From: Octopus sinensis
Taxonomy: Eukaryota
Length of the DNA stretch: 64,000 bases
Direction of reading: 5' to 3'
NCBI RefSeq assembly: GCF_006345805.1
Contig: NC_043001.1
Coordinates: forward strand, 1 to 64,000
Shown here piece after piece: positions 14,910-28,136 of this stretch; position 1 is the first letter of the stretch, and each line of letters opens with the position of its first letter. A program made the translations under genes and the position numbers. The notes beneath the pieces are model-generated. The model worked only from the letters and a program-made list of their open reading frames with translations. It made no database searches and had not been told where the DNA came from.

Positions 14910-15667
14910 GATAATAATAACGATAATTATAATAGTATTCATAAAATGAGATAATACTAATATTAATACTAATCTATTAATAATATTAATAATACAGAGG
15001 ATAATAATGATAATAATAATAATAATAATAATGATAATAATAATAAGAAGAAGAAGGAGAAGAAGAAGAAGAAGAGAATGTTAATAATGATAATAATGAT
15101 AATAATGAATAATAAAAATAATAAAATAATAATAATATAAAATATAATGATGATAATATTAATAAAATATTAATAATATTAAAAATATAATAATAACGAT
15201 AATAGATAAAACAAATAATAATAATATAATAATTAGAAGAGAATGATAATAATGATAATAATGATTATAAAGTAATATTAATATTAATAAAGATAATAAT
15301 ATTATTATAATAATAATAATCATATGATAATAATAATAATATTATTAATAATAATAAAAATAATATAATAATGATAATGATAAAATGATGATAATAACGA
15401 TAATATAATATTAATAATAATAGCAATATTAATAATAATAATATTAATAATTATAATAATAATAATATGATAATAATATGCTAATAATATGAATAATAAT
15501 AATAAAAAACGAAAAAAAGGAGAGGAAGAAAAAGAACAAAAGAAGACCGAGAAGAAGGAAAAGAGGAATGATAATAATGATATAATGATATAAAAATAAT
15601 AATATTAATATTAATAAAAAATAATTATAATAATACTAATTATATTAACGATAATAATAATAATGAT

Positions 15668-15700
<33 letters not shown>

Positions 15701-16322
15701 AATAACAATAAAATAATACTAATAATAATGATAATAATTGAATAATAATAATAATAGAAATTAAACTATTAATAATAATAATAATAATAATGATAATAAT
15801 AACGATAATTATTATAATAAAAAATAATTTTAATAATGATAATATTAATATAATAATAATAATAATAATATATAATAATGCTACTAATGTGATAACGATA
15901 ATAATAATATTAACAATAATAATATAATACTAAGGATATTAATAAGATAATAAAAAGTATAAAAAGAAGAATAATGATAATAATGATATTAATGATAATA
16001 ATAATAATAGTATAAATAATAATAATAATAATATTTATAATAATAGCAAATTTTTATAATATATTATAATAATAATGATAAAATAACTAAACTAAAAAAA
16101 TATAATAAAATTTAATATAATAATAAAAACTAATAATAATAATATAATAATATATAATAATAATAGATTAATAATAATACATAATAAATCATAATATTTA
16201 TAATATTAATAATAATAATATTAATAATAATAATTATAATAATATGATAATAATAACGATAATAAAAAGAAAATAATAATAGAAGAAGAATGATAATAAT
16301 GAAAATAATAATAATAATAATC

Positions 16323-16392
<70 letters not shown>

Positions 16393-16418
16393 GTAGAAGA
16401 AGAAGAAATAGAAGAATG

Positions 16419-16456
<38 letters not shown>

Positions 16457-16490
16457 GATAATAATAATAATAATAATAAAATAATAATAA

Positions 16491-16526
<36 letters not shown>

Positions 16527-16708
16527 GAAGAAGAAGAAGAAGAAGAAGAAGAAGAATTGTAATAATGATTATAATAATAACGATAATAATAGGAATAATA
16601 ATAATAATAATAATAATTATGATAATAATGATAGTAATAATAAGAAGAAGAATGATAATAATGATAATAACGACAAAAATAATAATAATAATTATTATAA
16701 TAAGAAAG

Positions 16709-16744
<36 letters not shown>

Positions 16745-16769
16745 TTAATAATATTATTATTATTAATAA
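10042..16769 (+). repeat. 6.7-kb degenerate (AAT)n field with kb-scale internal duplications
   Basis: Triplet repeat. Landmark purine blocks recur at ~11850, ~13976 and ~15508. Confidence 0.95.
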
Positions 16770-17453
16770 GATAAATTACTAGTAACTGAAGAGTATGTGG
16801 AGATGGACAAGAAACAATAAATCATATTATCTCTAGCTGCCCAGTCCTGGCTAAGAAGGAATATATTCACAGACATGACAGAATTGGAACCTACATACAT
16901 TGGAAGCTATGCCAACATTATGGAATAACAACAGAAACAAGATGGTATAGGAACACACCAGAAAAGGTCACAGAAAACGAGAAAGCAACCATACTCTGGG
17001 ATATGCCGATACACACAGATAGAGAAATTAAGGCCAACATACCAGATATAGTTGTCAGAGATCATGAAGAAAAAAAATGCTTCCTAATTGATGTATCCAT
17101 ACCGGCAGATGACAACGTGTCTCTAAAAGAAATGGAGAATCTCTCAAAATACAAAGCCCTGGAAATAGCGGTAACTAGAATGTGGAACCTGAAAACAGAA
17201 TCAATTCCTATCATAGTAGGTGCATTAGGCATGATAAAAAAATATTCAGACAAATACATAACAAAAACACCAGGACTTACAAACACATATAACATACAGA
17301 AAATTGCACTACTAGGCACTGCACACATCCTAAGCAGAACACTTTCCATACAATAACCATCAGAGCATCACAACAAATCACAGCACATACCCAAGGCACA
17401 CAGAGCTGCGCTCGGTAGTGAAGTGAAAGCACGCTATAAAAATAAAACTACTG
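16770..17453 (+). mobile_element. R4/Dong family A, 5'-truncated copy
   Basis: Matches ~4435-5118. ORF 17003-17356 encodes the endonuclease C-terminus, with an intact 3' UTR and (AAT)n tail. Confidence 0.9.
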
Positions 17454-17609
17454 AATAATAATAATAATAATAATAATAATTATGTAAATACTGATAATAA
17501 TAACGACAATAATAACAATAATAATAATAATAATAATAATAATGATAATATTAATAATAATAATATTAATAATAATAATAATAATGATAGTAATAACGAT
17601 AATAATATC

Positions 17610-17640
<31 letters not shown>

Positions 17641-17669
17641 TTAATAATAATATTATTAATAATAATAAT

Positions 17670-17702
<33 letters not shown>

Positions 17703-17857
17703 TATAGTAAGAAAGATAATAATATGAATAATAATAATAATATTAATAATAATAATAATAATATTAATAATAATAATAATTATAATATTAATGATGATAA
17801 TAATAACAATAATAATAATAAGAAGAAGAAGAAGAAGAAGAATGATAATAATGATAA
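17454..17857 (+). repeat. Degenerate (AAT)n tract
   Basis: Directly visible. Confidence 0.95.
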
Positions 17858-19050
17858 TAATGGTCAATTACTGAAATATGTCAGCTCGACAGAAAAATAA
17901 GGAAACTGTTGACAATGCATAGAATGCACCACCCTAAGGCAGATACAGAACGACTCTATCTGCCAAGAAAAGGGGGAGGCCATGGTCTTTTGCAACTGGC
18001 AATAACAATGAAGATTGCTACAATTGGCCTAGACACCTACCTGAAAAACTCTGAGGACTGGATGCTAAAACTTGTCTCAAAACATGAAAACAAGAAAGCA
18101 TCATACTCAGTCTCAAAACAGGCAAAGGAATATCTAAGTCAATTCCGAATACAACCAATTTCGGAATTAGAGATAGATATACAAGAAACAAGCACAGAAA
18201 AAGCTAGGCGCATGAAAACCCGTGCCAAAACTGCGGCCTTAGATATTCTGAATAATAAATGGCAAGAAAAACCTCTCTATGGCAAATACCCAAAGAGAGC
18301 GAATAATGCAGATATCGACAAAGCCCTGACCCATCAATGGCTAATGGCCTCTGGCTTAAAATCTGAAACAGAGGGGTTTATCATAGCAGCTCAAGATCAA
18401 TGCCTACCAACAAGGAACTACCAGGCCAACATATTAAAGATCAGAAGCAGTCCAACGTGTCGTGTGTGTAGCAAGCAACAAAATGAAACCATTGACCATG
18501 TGGTCTCCAAGTGCAGTCTTCTAGCGCCTACAGAGTATCTCAACAGGCACGATAGAGCTGCACAATATATTCACTGGGTAATCTGTAAAAACCTGGATTT
18601 GCCCCATGAAAAAAACTGGTGGGAACACAAACCACCCCCAGTGCTTGAAAATGACCACATCTCACTCCTCTGGAACTTCACCATTCAAACTGACAGGAAG
18701 ATAGATGCAAATAGGCCAGACATCATATTGAAAAACTTCAAACAAAGAACATTCCTCCTCATTGATATGACTGTCCCAATCGATATAAACGTATCTGTCA
18801 AGACCAACCAAAAACTGAGCAAATATAAAGATCTTGAAATAGAAATCAGCAAAATGTGGAAGCTGAAGACTAAAACAATACCTGTTGTCATAGGTGCCCT
18901 GGGAATGATAGCAAAAGGGGCTGATAGCTACCTAACTCAGATACCAGGAAACCCAAAAATGGCAGAAGTTCAAAAGATAGTGCTCATGGAAACTGCTCAT
19001 ATCCTACGCAAAATACTCTCTATGTAATCTCAAGGTTTAAAACAAAATTT
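17858..19050 (+). mobile_element. R4/Dong family C, 5'-truncated and lacking a recognisable 3' terminus
   Basis: Uninterrupted ORF 17909-19027 with MHHPKAD, AAQDQ, CRVC...H....C, RHD, RPDII and KLSKYKDLEIE. Clearly diverged from families A and B. Confidence 0.9.
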
Positions 19051-19864
19051 TATTTATTTATTTATTTTATTTTATTTATTTATTTATTTTATTTAATTAT
19101 TTTATTTATTCTTTTATTATTATTATTATTTAATATTAATATTATTATCATTACTACCATTATTATCATTCTTCATCTTCCTACACTTCTTATTATTATT
19201 ATCGTTATTATTATCATTATTGTTATAATTATTGTTATTATTATCTTTATAAATATTGTTATTATTATCGTTATTAATATTATTATGATAATTAGTATTA
19301 TTATTATTATTATCATTCTTCTTATTATTACTATTATTATTGTTATAATTATATTTATAATTATCATTATTATAATAACTATCATTATTATTTTTATTAT
19401 TATTATAATTCATATTAGTATTATTATTATTATGATTATCATTATTATTATCGTTATTATAATCATTATTATTATAATTATTATTATGATTTATATTATT
19501 ATTATTATTATCATTATTATTAATGTTATAAATTTTATTATTATCCTTATTATCATTCTTCTTCTTCATATTATTTTTATCATTATTATTATTATAATTA
19601 TTATCGTTATTATTATCATTATTATTTTCATTATTATTATTAATATTATTATTATCATTTTTATCATTATTATCATTCTTCTTCTTCTTATTATTATTAT
19701 TATAATTATAATTATCAATATTATAATAATTATTATTATTATTAATATTATTATAATTATTATTAATATGTTTATAATTATTAATATTAATATTATTATC
19801 GTTACTACCATTATTATCATTCTTCTTCTTCCTACACTTCTTTTTATTATTATCGTTATTATTC

Positions 19865-19908
<44 letters not shown>

Positions 19909-20322
19909 TATTATTATTATTATAATTATTATTATTATTATTATCATTGTTATCATTTTTCTTATTCTCCTTCTTTTTTTTAGTATTATTCATATTATTA
20001 TCATTATTATTAGTACTATAAATATTATTATTATCAATATTATCATTATTATCATTCATCTTCTTCATATTATTATTATCATTATTATTATTATCGTTAT
20101 TATAATCATTATTATTATTATCGTTATTATTATTAATATTATTATCGTTATTATTATCAAAATTATTTTTAATATTATTATTATTGATATATTTTTATTA
20201 TTATTATCATTATTATCATTATTATCATTCTTCTTCTCTTTCTTCTTCTTCTTCTTCTTCTTCTTCTTATTATTATTATTATTATTATTATAATTATAAG
20301 TATCATTATCATTATAATTATT

Positions 20323-20363
<41 letters not shown>

Positions 20364-20721
20364 GAATATTATTAAAATTATTAAAATTATTATTATTATT
20401 ATCATTATACTCATTCTTCTTCTTCTTCTTATTATTATTATTAGTATTATTTTAATTATTAATATTATTATTACTAATAATATTATTATTATCATTATCA
20501 CCATTGTACTTCTTCTTATTATTATTAATATTATCGATATTATTATTATTATTATATTATCCTTCTTCTTCTTATTGTTATTATTATTATCATTATTATC
20601 GTTATTATTATTATCGTTATTACTATTATTATCATTATTATTATAATTATTATTATTATTATTAATATTATTAATGTTATTACTGATATTCTTATTCTCG
20701 TAATAATAGTTGTTATTATCG

Positions 20722-20777
<56 letters not shown>

Positions 20778-21415
20778 TTTATAATTAATAATAATATTAT
20801 TATTATTATCGTTTTTATTAATAATATGAAGAAGATGAAGAAGAATATTATCATAATTATTATCATTATTATTATTATAAATGTTATTATTATCCTTATT
20901 ACCATTATTATCATTCTTCTTCTCCATTTTATTATTATCATTATTATCATTATTATTATCGTTCTTATTATCATTATTATTATTATTATTAATATCATTT
21001 TTATTATTAGTATTAATATTATCAATTTTATTACTATTATTGTTATTCTCGTAATAATAATAATAATTATTTTTATTATTATTAATATTATTATTATTAT
21101 TATCCTTATCATCATGAATATTATTACCGTGATTATTATTATTATCGTTATTATTATTACTATTACTATTAATTCTTCTTCTCTTTTTCTTCCTCCTATT
21201 ATTAATATTATTATTACTGTTTTTATCATTATAATTATCGTAATTATTATCATTATTATTATAATTATCATTATTATTATTATTAATTATTATTATTATT
21301 ATTAATATTATTATTATTATTATTAATATTATTATTATTATTATCCTTATCATCATAAATATTATTATCGTGATTATTACCGTTATTATTATTATTATTA
21401 ATATTATTATTATTA

Positions 21416-21451
<36 letters not shown>

Positions 21452-22110
21452 TAATATTAATATCATTATTATCGTTTATATTATTACTATAATCGTTATT
21501 ATTATTATTATCATTATTGTTTTTATTATTATTAATATTATTAGTATTATTAATATCATTATTATTATTATTATTATTATCATCGTTATTATTATGAATA
21601 TTATTATTATTATTTTTATTATTATTATTAATAATATTATTGTTATCGTTATTATTATCATAATTTTTTTTATCATTATTATCATTATTAATATCATTAT
21701 TATCATTATTATCATTATTATCATTATTATTATTATCATTATTATTATTATCATTGTTATTATTACCATTATTATTTTTATTATTAATATTATTATTATT
21801 TTCGTTATTATTAATTATAGTAATAATAATAAGAAGATGAATGATAATAATGATAGTAATGATAATAATAATAAATATTATTATAATCATTGTTCTTCTT
21901 TATATTATTGTTATCATTATTATTATTATTATTATTTTTGATATAATTATTATTATCGTTATGACTATTATAATAATTATTATTATTATTATTATTAATA
22001 TTATTATTATTATTATTATCATTTTGATCATTATTATCATTCTTCTTATTATTATTATAATTATAATTATCATTATTATTACAATTATTATTATTATTAT
22101 TAATATTATT
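19051..22110 (-). repeat. Degenerate (ATT)n field (the same repeat in reverse orientation)
   Basis: Reverse complement of the AAT/AAG/GAT grammar, starting with (TTTA)n. Confidence 0.95.
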
Positions 22111-22669
22111 CTGTTCTTGATTCAACGGTCATTCGGAATGCTCACTGCATCCATATTCCTACCACTCTATGTCACGCTGGTGAGACCCATATTGGAGTAT
22201 GGGATTCAAGCCTATTCTCCTTAAGCTCGCTACGCGCATGGTTCATGGTCTCAAAAATTTGTCCTACGAAGAATGTCTGACGACGCTCGACCTTTATTCT
22301 CTTGAAAAACGCCGCCGCCGTTGTGATCTCATTCTCGCCCACAACATCATAAGCGGAAAGTGTAACCTCTCGAAACAGCTGTTCTTCACTCCTGCTCCGG
22401 AGCGTCGGCTGCGGGGTCATTCCAAAAAGCTCTATCTGCGACGATTTCATCTCAATCGAAGGAGAGGAGCTTTCTCCGTCCGGGTTGTGGATCCGTGAAA
22501 CAAGCTGCAAGACGAGATGGTGAAGATGCCGACGACCGCTTTGTTGAAAGCCTCCCTGGACATCAAGTGGCCTGAACTCTTTACATGAACACCACCCTGT
22601 ACTTAACTCCATGTCCCCCTACATGGCCTTGCTATTTGCTTTTGAGCCAAATTAACTAACTAACTAACT
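22111..22669 (+). mobile_element. CR1-type LINE 3' fragment with (TAAC)n tail
   Basis: Post-RT CR1/L2 motifs LYVTLVRPILEY...SP, LDLYSLEKRRRRCDLI, LRGHSKKL and FSVRVV. Short tandem-repeat tail AACTAACTAACTAACTA. There is an internal frameshifting deletion near 22220. Confidence 0.85.
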
Positions 22670-23031
22670 ATTATTATTATTATTATTACTTTTATTATAA
22701 TTATTAATATTAATATTATTATCATTACTATCATTATTATCATTCTTCTTCTTCTTCTTCTTCTTCTTCCTCTTCTCCTTCTTCTTCTTCAAATTCTTCA
22801 AATTCTTCTTATTATTATTAATAATATTATTATTATTATTATTAATATTATTATTATTATCATTATCATTATTATCATTCTTCTTCATATTATTATTATC
22901 ATCATTATTATTATCATTGTTTTTATTATTATCGTTATTACTATCATTATTATTATTATTATTATCGTTATTAATATCATTATTATTATTATTATTAATA
23001 TTATTATTATCATCGTTATTATTATCATAAT
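22623..23031. repeat. ~410-bp direct repeat, copy 1 (CR1 tail + ATT/CTT microsatellite)
   Basis: Near-identical to 29556-29973, including the rare word CTTCAAATTCTTCAAATTC. Confidence 0.9.
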
Positions 23032-23540
23032 GTCGAATTGTGTGAAACTACAATTATTCTTATAGCTAATACCTTTAAACCACTCTATAACTGACTTACT
23101 ATTCTTCCAAATTCTCAAGTCTACTTCACTATCTAACTTAACTAAATATACGGTCCAAAATTTTTTGCTAATAATTCCTATCTCAGTTTTAGCCGATTTA
23201 TCAATCTACATTGGGGTTTCTACTAAAATTGGCTTTATGGTCTTTCAGAGTAATAAAAGCTGGTCGTGGTGAAAGGTATTCAATCCTATCGCTAATCTTA
23301 AGATCGTTAGCTATTCCTCTTGCTTCTAAGTTCACCTCTTATATATATTCGTGTGTCTTTTTATGTGTCCGTGACACTATTCGAAATCAGGCGTTTATAA
23401 CGTCCTTATCAAGTGCATATAAGTTCCTTGTCTTATCAGAATTAACGAAGATCTTATTCGAGTCGTTAATCTCCTTAATTTTTTCTCTCGTGTTTTTTTG
23501 CAATTGGTTGGTGAAAATAAGTTGACAAAACCAGATAGGA
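23027..23540 (-). mobile_element. Penelope-like element RT N-terminal fragment (duplicate of 48850-49360)
   Basis: RIWKNSKSVIEWF...FTQFDI, identical to ORF 48645-49334. Confidence 0.85.
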
Positions 23541-23644
23541 TGTTGACGAAGGTCCTCCTAAAATTTGAGCGACATGCATGCTCATTTGTGGACATGTATC
23601 AATTACAATCACGTACACACACACACATCCTGCTTTTATAGATA

Positions 23645-23683
<39 letters not shown>

Positions 23684-24099
23684 ATGCATATATACATACA
23701 TATATGTACGTACCTACCTCTACATGTATATATGGGTACAGGACACCAAAAAACGTCGAACACAATGAGAAACGAAAACATGAACATAAAACCAAGGAAA
23801 TGGTTATTTCTTAAACAATGAAATATTAGAGTACAGGACATACAAAACAAGGAAAATCCCCTTCTTCAGTCGCCTTTCTTTCATCTACTCCACGTTTCGA
23901 AAGTCAAGGCGATACATGACTTTAATGAAACAATCCTTCCCGCGAATATATATATATATATATACTAGCAGTATACCCGGCCTTGCCCGGGATTAAGTTA
24001 CAATCATGAAGGTAATCAAGTTCTTTACTTCAAACCAAACTAAGTAATATAGACGTAAAATTTGGGCGAAATCCGTTGAAATTAGTTATATTATATATA

Positions 24100-25367
24100 C
24101 GAGGGACGTTCAATAAGTAATGCCCCTGACCCACTTGCAGTTGTTTGATCTAGCTGAAATTTTGCATGTGCAATTATTTATGTCCTTATAGATTAAGTGG
24201 CAAATTACAGCTCTGGACTAATTGTGGTTTCTGATTTACAGGTGTTTGAACCGAGTCAAGTGTGAAATGGAGCCTTTTGAGTGTCGAGCAGTGATCCAGT
24301 TTTTCTATTTGAAAGGACGCACACCACGGGAGACTTTTGATGAAATGAAAGTAACTTATGGTGATGATGCTCCATCATATGACCTTGTAAAACGCTGGCA
24401 TCGTGAATTCAAACATGGTCGGAACTCTGTGGAAACAGCTCCCAGATCTGGTCAACCCCCTTTTGCCATTCATGAGGCATCTGTCCGTCAAGTTTAGGCT
24501 GCCAATTTGGAAGATCGACGCATAACTATTCGCCAAATAGCCCATGAGGTCAAGATTAGTACCGGCTGTGGAAACTATCATTCATGACCATTTGCATATG
24601 AAAAAGGTGTCTGCCAGATGGATTCCCAGTTGCTCACACCTTTCCACCAGTAAGAAGGCGTCGAGTGCTCGAGGATGAATTTGGAGATGTGCCAAGAAGA
24701 TGAGTCAAAATTTTTCGAAAGACTGATTACACAGGATGAAACCTGGGTCCATCACTATGATCCAGAGACCCAGTCAATGCAGTGGAAGCACCGTGACTCA
24801 CCTCCTCCAAAGAAGGCAAGGGTGGCAGCCCTCCGCTGGCAAGGTCATGCTCACAGTCTTCTGAGACCAGGACGGAGTAGTGATGACAGATTTCCTGGTA
24901 AAGGGTACCATAATTACAGGAGCTTATTATGCTTCACTTTTCAGGAATTAAGAGAAGCTATCAAAATCAGAGGCGGGGCAAGATCAGCAAAAGCATCCTC
25001 CTCCTGCAGGACAACACTCCGTCCAACACCTCACGTGTCACCAGATCAGAAGTACAGGCGTGCGGCTATGAACTCCTCCCCCATCCTGACCTTGCACCCT
25101 CTGATTTTCACCTCTTCCCAGCCATGAAGTTGATTTTGAAAGGAAAGTGTTTCCCAGATGATGCAGCCTTGATTTCTGAAGTCACGTCGTGGTGGAGGAC
25201 CAAGCTGGGGTCTTCTACAAAAACGGTCTCCAGAGCTGCATCAAACGATGGGAGAAGCGTAACTCTGGGTGGTTCCTATGTAGAAAAAGACTAATAACTG
25301 TGCCAAGTTTCGTTGCTCTACTGCTATGGGAAGTGGGTCAGGGGCATTACTTATTGAACGCCCCTCG
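24100..25367 (+). mobile_element. mariner DNA transposon, full length but defective (duplicate copy)
   Basis: 37-bp TIRs CGAGGG(A/G)CGTTCAATAAGTAATGCCCCTGACCCACTT with TA flanks. Transposase motifs QDETWVHHYDPE, QDN and DLAPSDFHLF. Confidence 0.93.
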
Positions 25368-25780
25368 TATATATATATATATATAGGTAAATCCTTGAGA
25401 TAGCATTAGTAGTAGTAGTTGTAGTAGTAGTAGTAGTAGGTAGAAGAGATGTTGACAGTGGTAATGATTGAGGAGGTGGATTCCAAGAGCTAGCGGTAGA
25501 CAAAGATGTTTGTCGATACATAGTGGGAGTAGTACTAGTAGTAGTAAGCAGATGAGATGGTGTTGACAATGATGATGATTGAGCTGCTGGGGCAGTGAAA
25601 GGAAGGGGTGGTGCTTCCTGCTGTGTGACCCTGATGACTGGGGGGGGGGTCAATCGTTTCGTTAGCAAACGATTTGCGGGAGCACCTGTTTTCTCAAGAA
25701 CAACTGCTTTCGCGAATTGCTCGAAATGTGGAGTTGATAAACAGCCGACAACTGATGAAGGGTCGTTCTTTATGTTACTT

Positions 25781-26199
25781 ATTTCTCTACTGCCTACAAG
25801 GGGCTAAACACAGAGGGGACAAACAAGGACAGACAAACTGATTAAGCCGATTCTATCGACCCCAGTGCGTAACTGGTACTTATTTAATCGACCCAGAAAG
25901 GATGAAAGGCAAAGTCGACCGCGGCGGAATTTGAACTCAGAACATAAAGACAGACGAAATACCTATTTCTTTATTACCCACAAGGGGCTAAACATAAAGG
26001 GGACAAACAAGGACAGACATAGGTATTAAGTTGATTACATCGACCCCAGTGCGTAACTTGTACTTAATTTATCGACCCCGAAAGGATGAAAGGCAAAGAC
26101 GCGACCTCGGCGGAATTTGAACTCAGAACGTAACGACAGACGAAATACGGCTGCGCATTTCGCCCGGCGTGCTAACGTTTCTGCCAGCTCACCGCCTTG
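25781..26199 (-). mobile_element. tRNA-derived SINE, tandem of one full and one 5'-truncated unit, with a 12-bp TSD
   Basis: Minus-strand head AAGGCGGTGAGCTGGCAGAAACGTTAGC with B-box-like GAGTTCAAATTCC. Flanked by TTTATGTTACTT at 25769-25780 and 26200-26211. Confidence 0.8.
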
Positions 26200-26434
26200 T
26201 TTATGTTACTTGTCTTGTTTTGCATCTGTTTCTCCCGTTCACATACACACAAAAAAACAAACAAACCAAAAATAAACCGTGTCTTCGTATTTCATGTTGT
26301 TTTTCGTATTGGATTTCATGTTGCTTACATTTTGTGGCGTCTTGCATATATATATATATATATATATAATATATTATATATATATATATATATATATAAT
26401 ATAATATAATATATATCTATATATAATATATATA

Positions 26435-26478
<44 letters not shown>

Positions 26479-28008
26479 GATTAATAATGAATAACTTCGG
26501 ATGCATATTAAATAACCACCTTATATTAGTATTAGTAAATGGATGCATAAATATTTGGATAGGGATTAATACTGAGTTACAATATGAGTAGTTACGTTTT
26601 TGAGTAACATTAAAACAGTATATCGAGCTCTATAACTTCAACAATAATCAACTCAAACTAGTAGATATTGATATAAGGTCAGATACTTAATATATTGTTT
26701 TTATTTCGGTATTTTATACAACTTAACTTTTGCAACGAGATTAAGTTGATTGTTTAGGATTCACATTACTGTAACGGTTTATTTACACGGTGAATTTTGA
26801 TTTCTGTATCTTCCGTAAATCACTTCCTTTTTCTATACCTTAAATGTTGTCAAATGTGTTTTGCATTGTTTCTATTTCTTTCGAAAGCTTTGTCTGAATA
26901 TTTTCCAACCTTTGCCAAATATTAATCCTAACGTTTTCTACCCTTTTAGGCCATTTTTTATACATTAGGAATTACCCTTTCAGGCTATTTTCTACCTATT
27001 AGGAATAGCATAGTCTTCACTTTAATGGTTTATAATATTATTTTTTTAGTTATTAGTATGTGTATGTATATATATATGTTTATTGGTATGTGTATATATG
27101 TATGTATATGGATATGTACGTATGTATGTATGTATGTATGTATGTGTGTATTTATGTGCTTATGTTTATCTATGTGTACGTGTGTATGTGCGCATATGTG
27201 TATGTATGTACGTATGTGTATTTTAACCAACCAACCGTAACTAAGACAATGAAATTCAAATGTGCCAACCAATTGAATTGAGCTTGAGATTGTAAATAAT
27301 CTCTCAGCCCGTTAAGACCCATCGCTCACCTATTGATATGCGAACTCTATGTATGTACATGCATATATACTTTCTGTATGATGTAAAAGGGTAATATCTC
27401 TTTATATATGTATATGTATTAATGGATGTTTTTGCGCATGTATGTATATGCGCAAAATGTATTTGGTACCTGTGTGTATATATATGTATGTAGATTTAGA
27501 CTAAAGTTTCGATTTTCGCTGTATGATATATGAATATAGTGACATTGTATATTGTGGCATTGTATATTGTTTTGCATTATTTTATTTTATTGATTAATTA
27601 ATTACTGGCATCTCCCATATGCATCTGTCTATATATTATGTTATACTGTATTATATTTATATGTAATATAATATATTATATTTTATTATGTTGTGTTACA
27701 CTGTATTATATTATACTAATTTTTATATTTTATGTGGTATTTTCCATCTACTATGTATTGTGAATAGCAGAATGCACATATTCCTTTATTGGTATTATTA
27801 ATAATAATAATATTAATAGTTTTTAGTAATGTAATACAATGAACTTTGGACTTTGTATATGTACACTTTGATGTTGATATATATATATGTATATGTAGGT
27901 GTATACACTTATATGTATATATGCATATTCTTGTATATGTGTACCTTGTTTAATATTCATATTTGCATTTTGCATCTTCATTTTATATCTTTATATTTGT
28001 ACTTTATA

Positions 28009-28136
28009 ATCTCTGACGAGGCCTTGAGATATATATATATAAGTAACTCATTTTTAACCGCATATTACCTCAATATATCTGACTAATATGGGCATAATGA
28101 GATACTCTTATCTACAGGCTGAAACAGCTGTAAGAT
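28009..28136 (+). ncRNA. Type I hammerhead ribozyme with greatly extended stem II
   Basis: Stem I ATCT/AGAT, core CTGACGA, stem II GGCCT...AGGCT, GAAA, palindromic stem III ACAGCTGT, cleavage triplet GTA (28130-28132). Confidence 0.75.

Noticed and set aside
26115-26199. tRNA gene
   Set aside because: A/B-box-like motifs are present, but there is no cloverleaf. It is the head of a multi-copy SINE with a tail and TSD.
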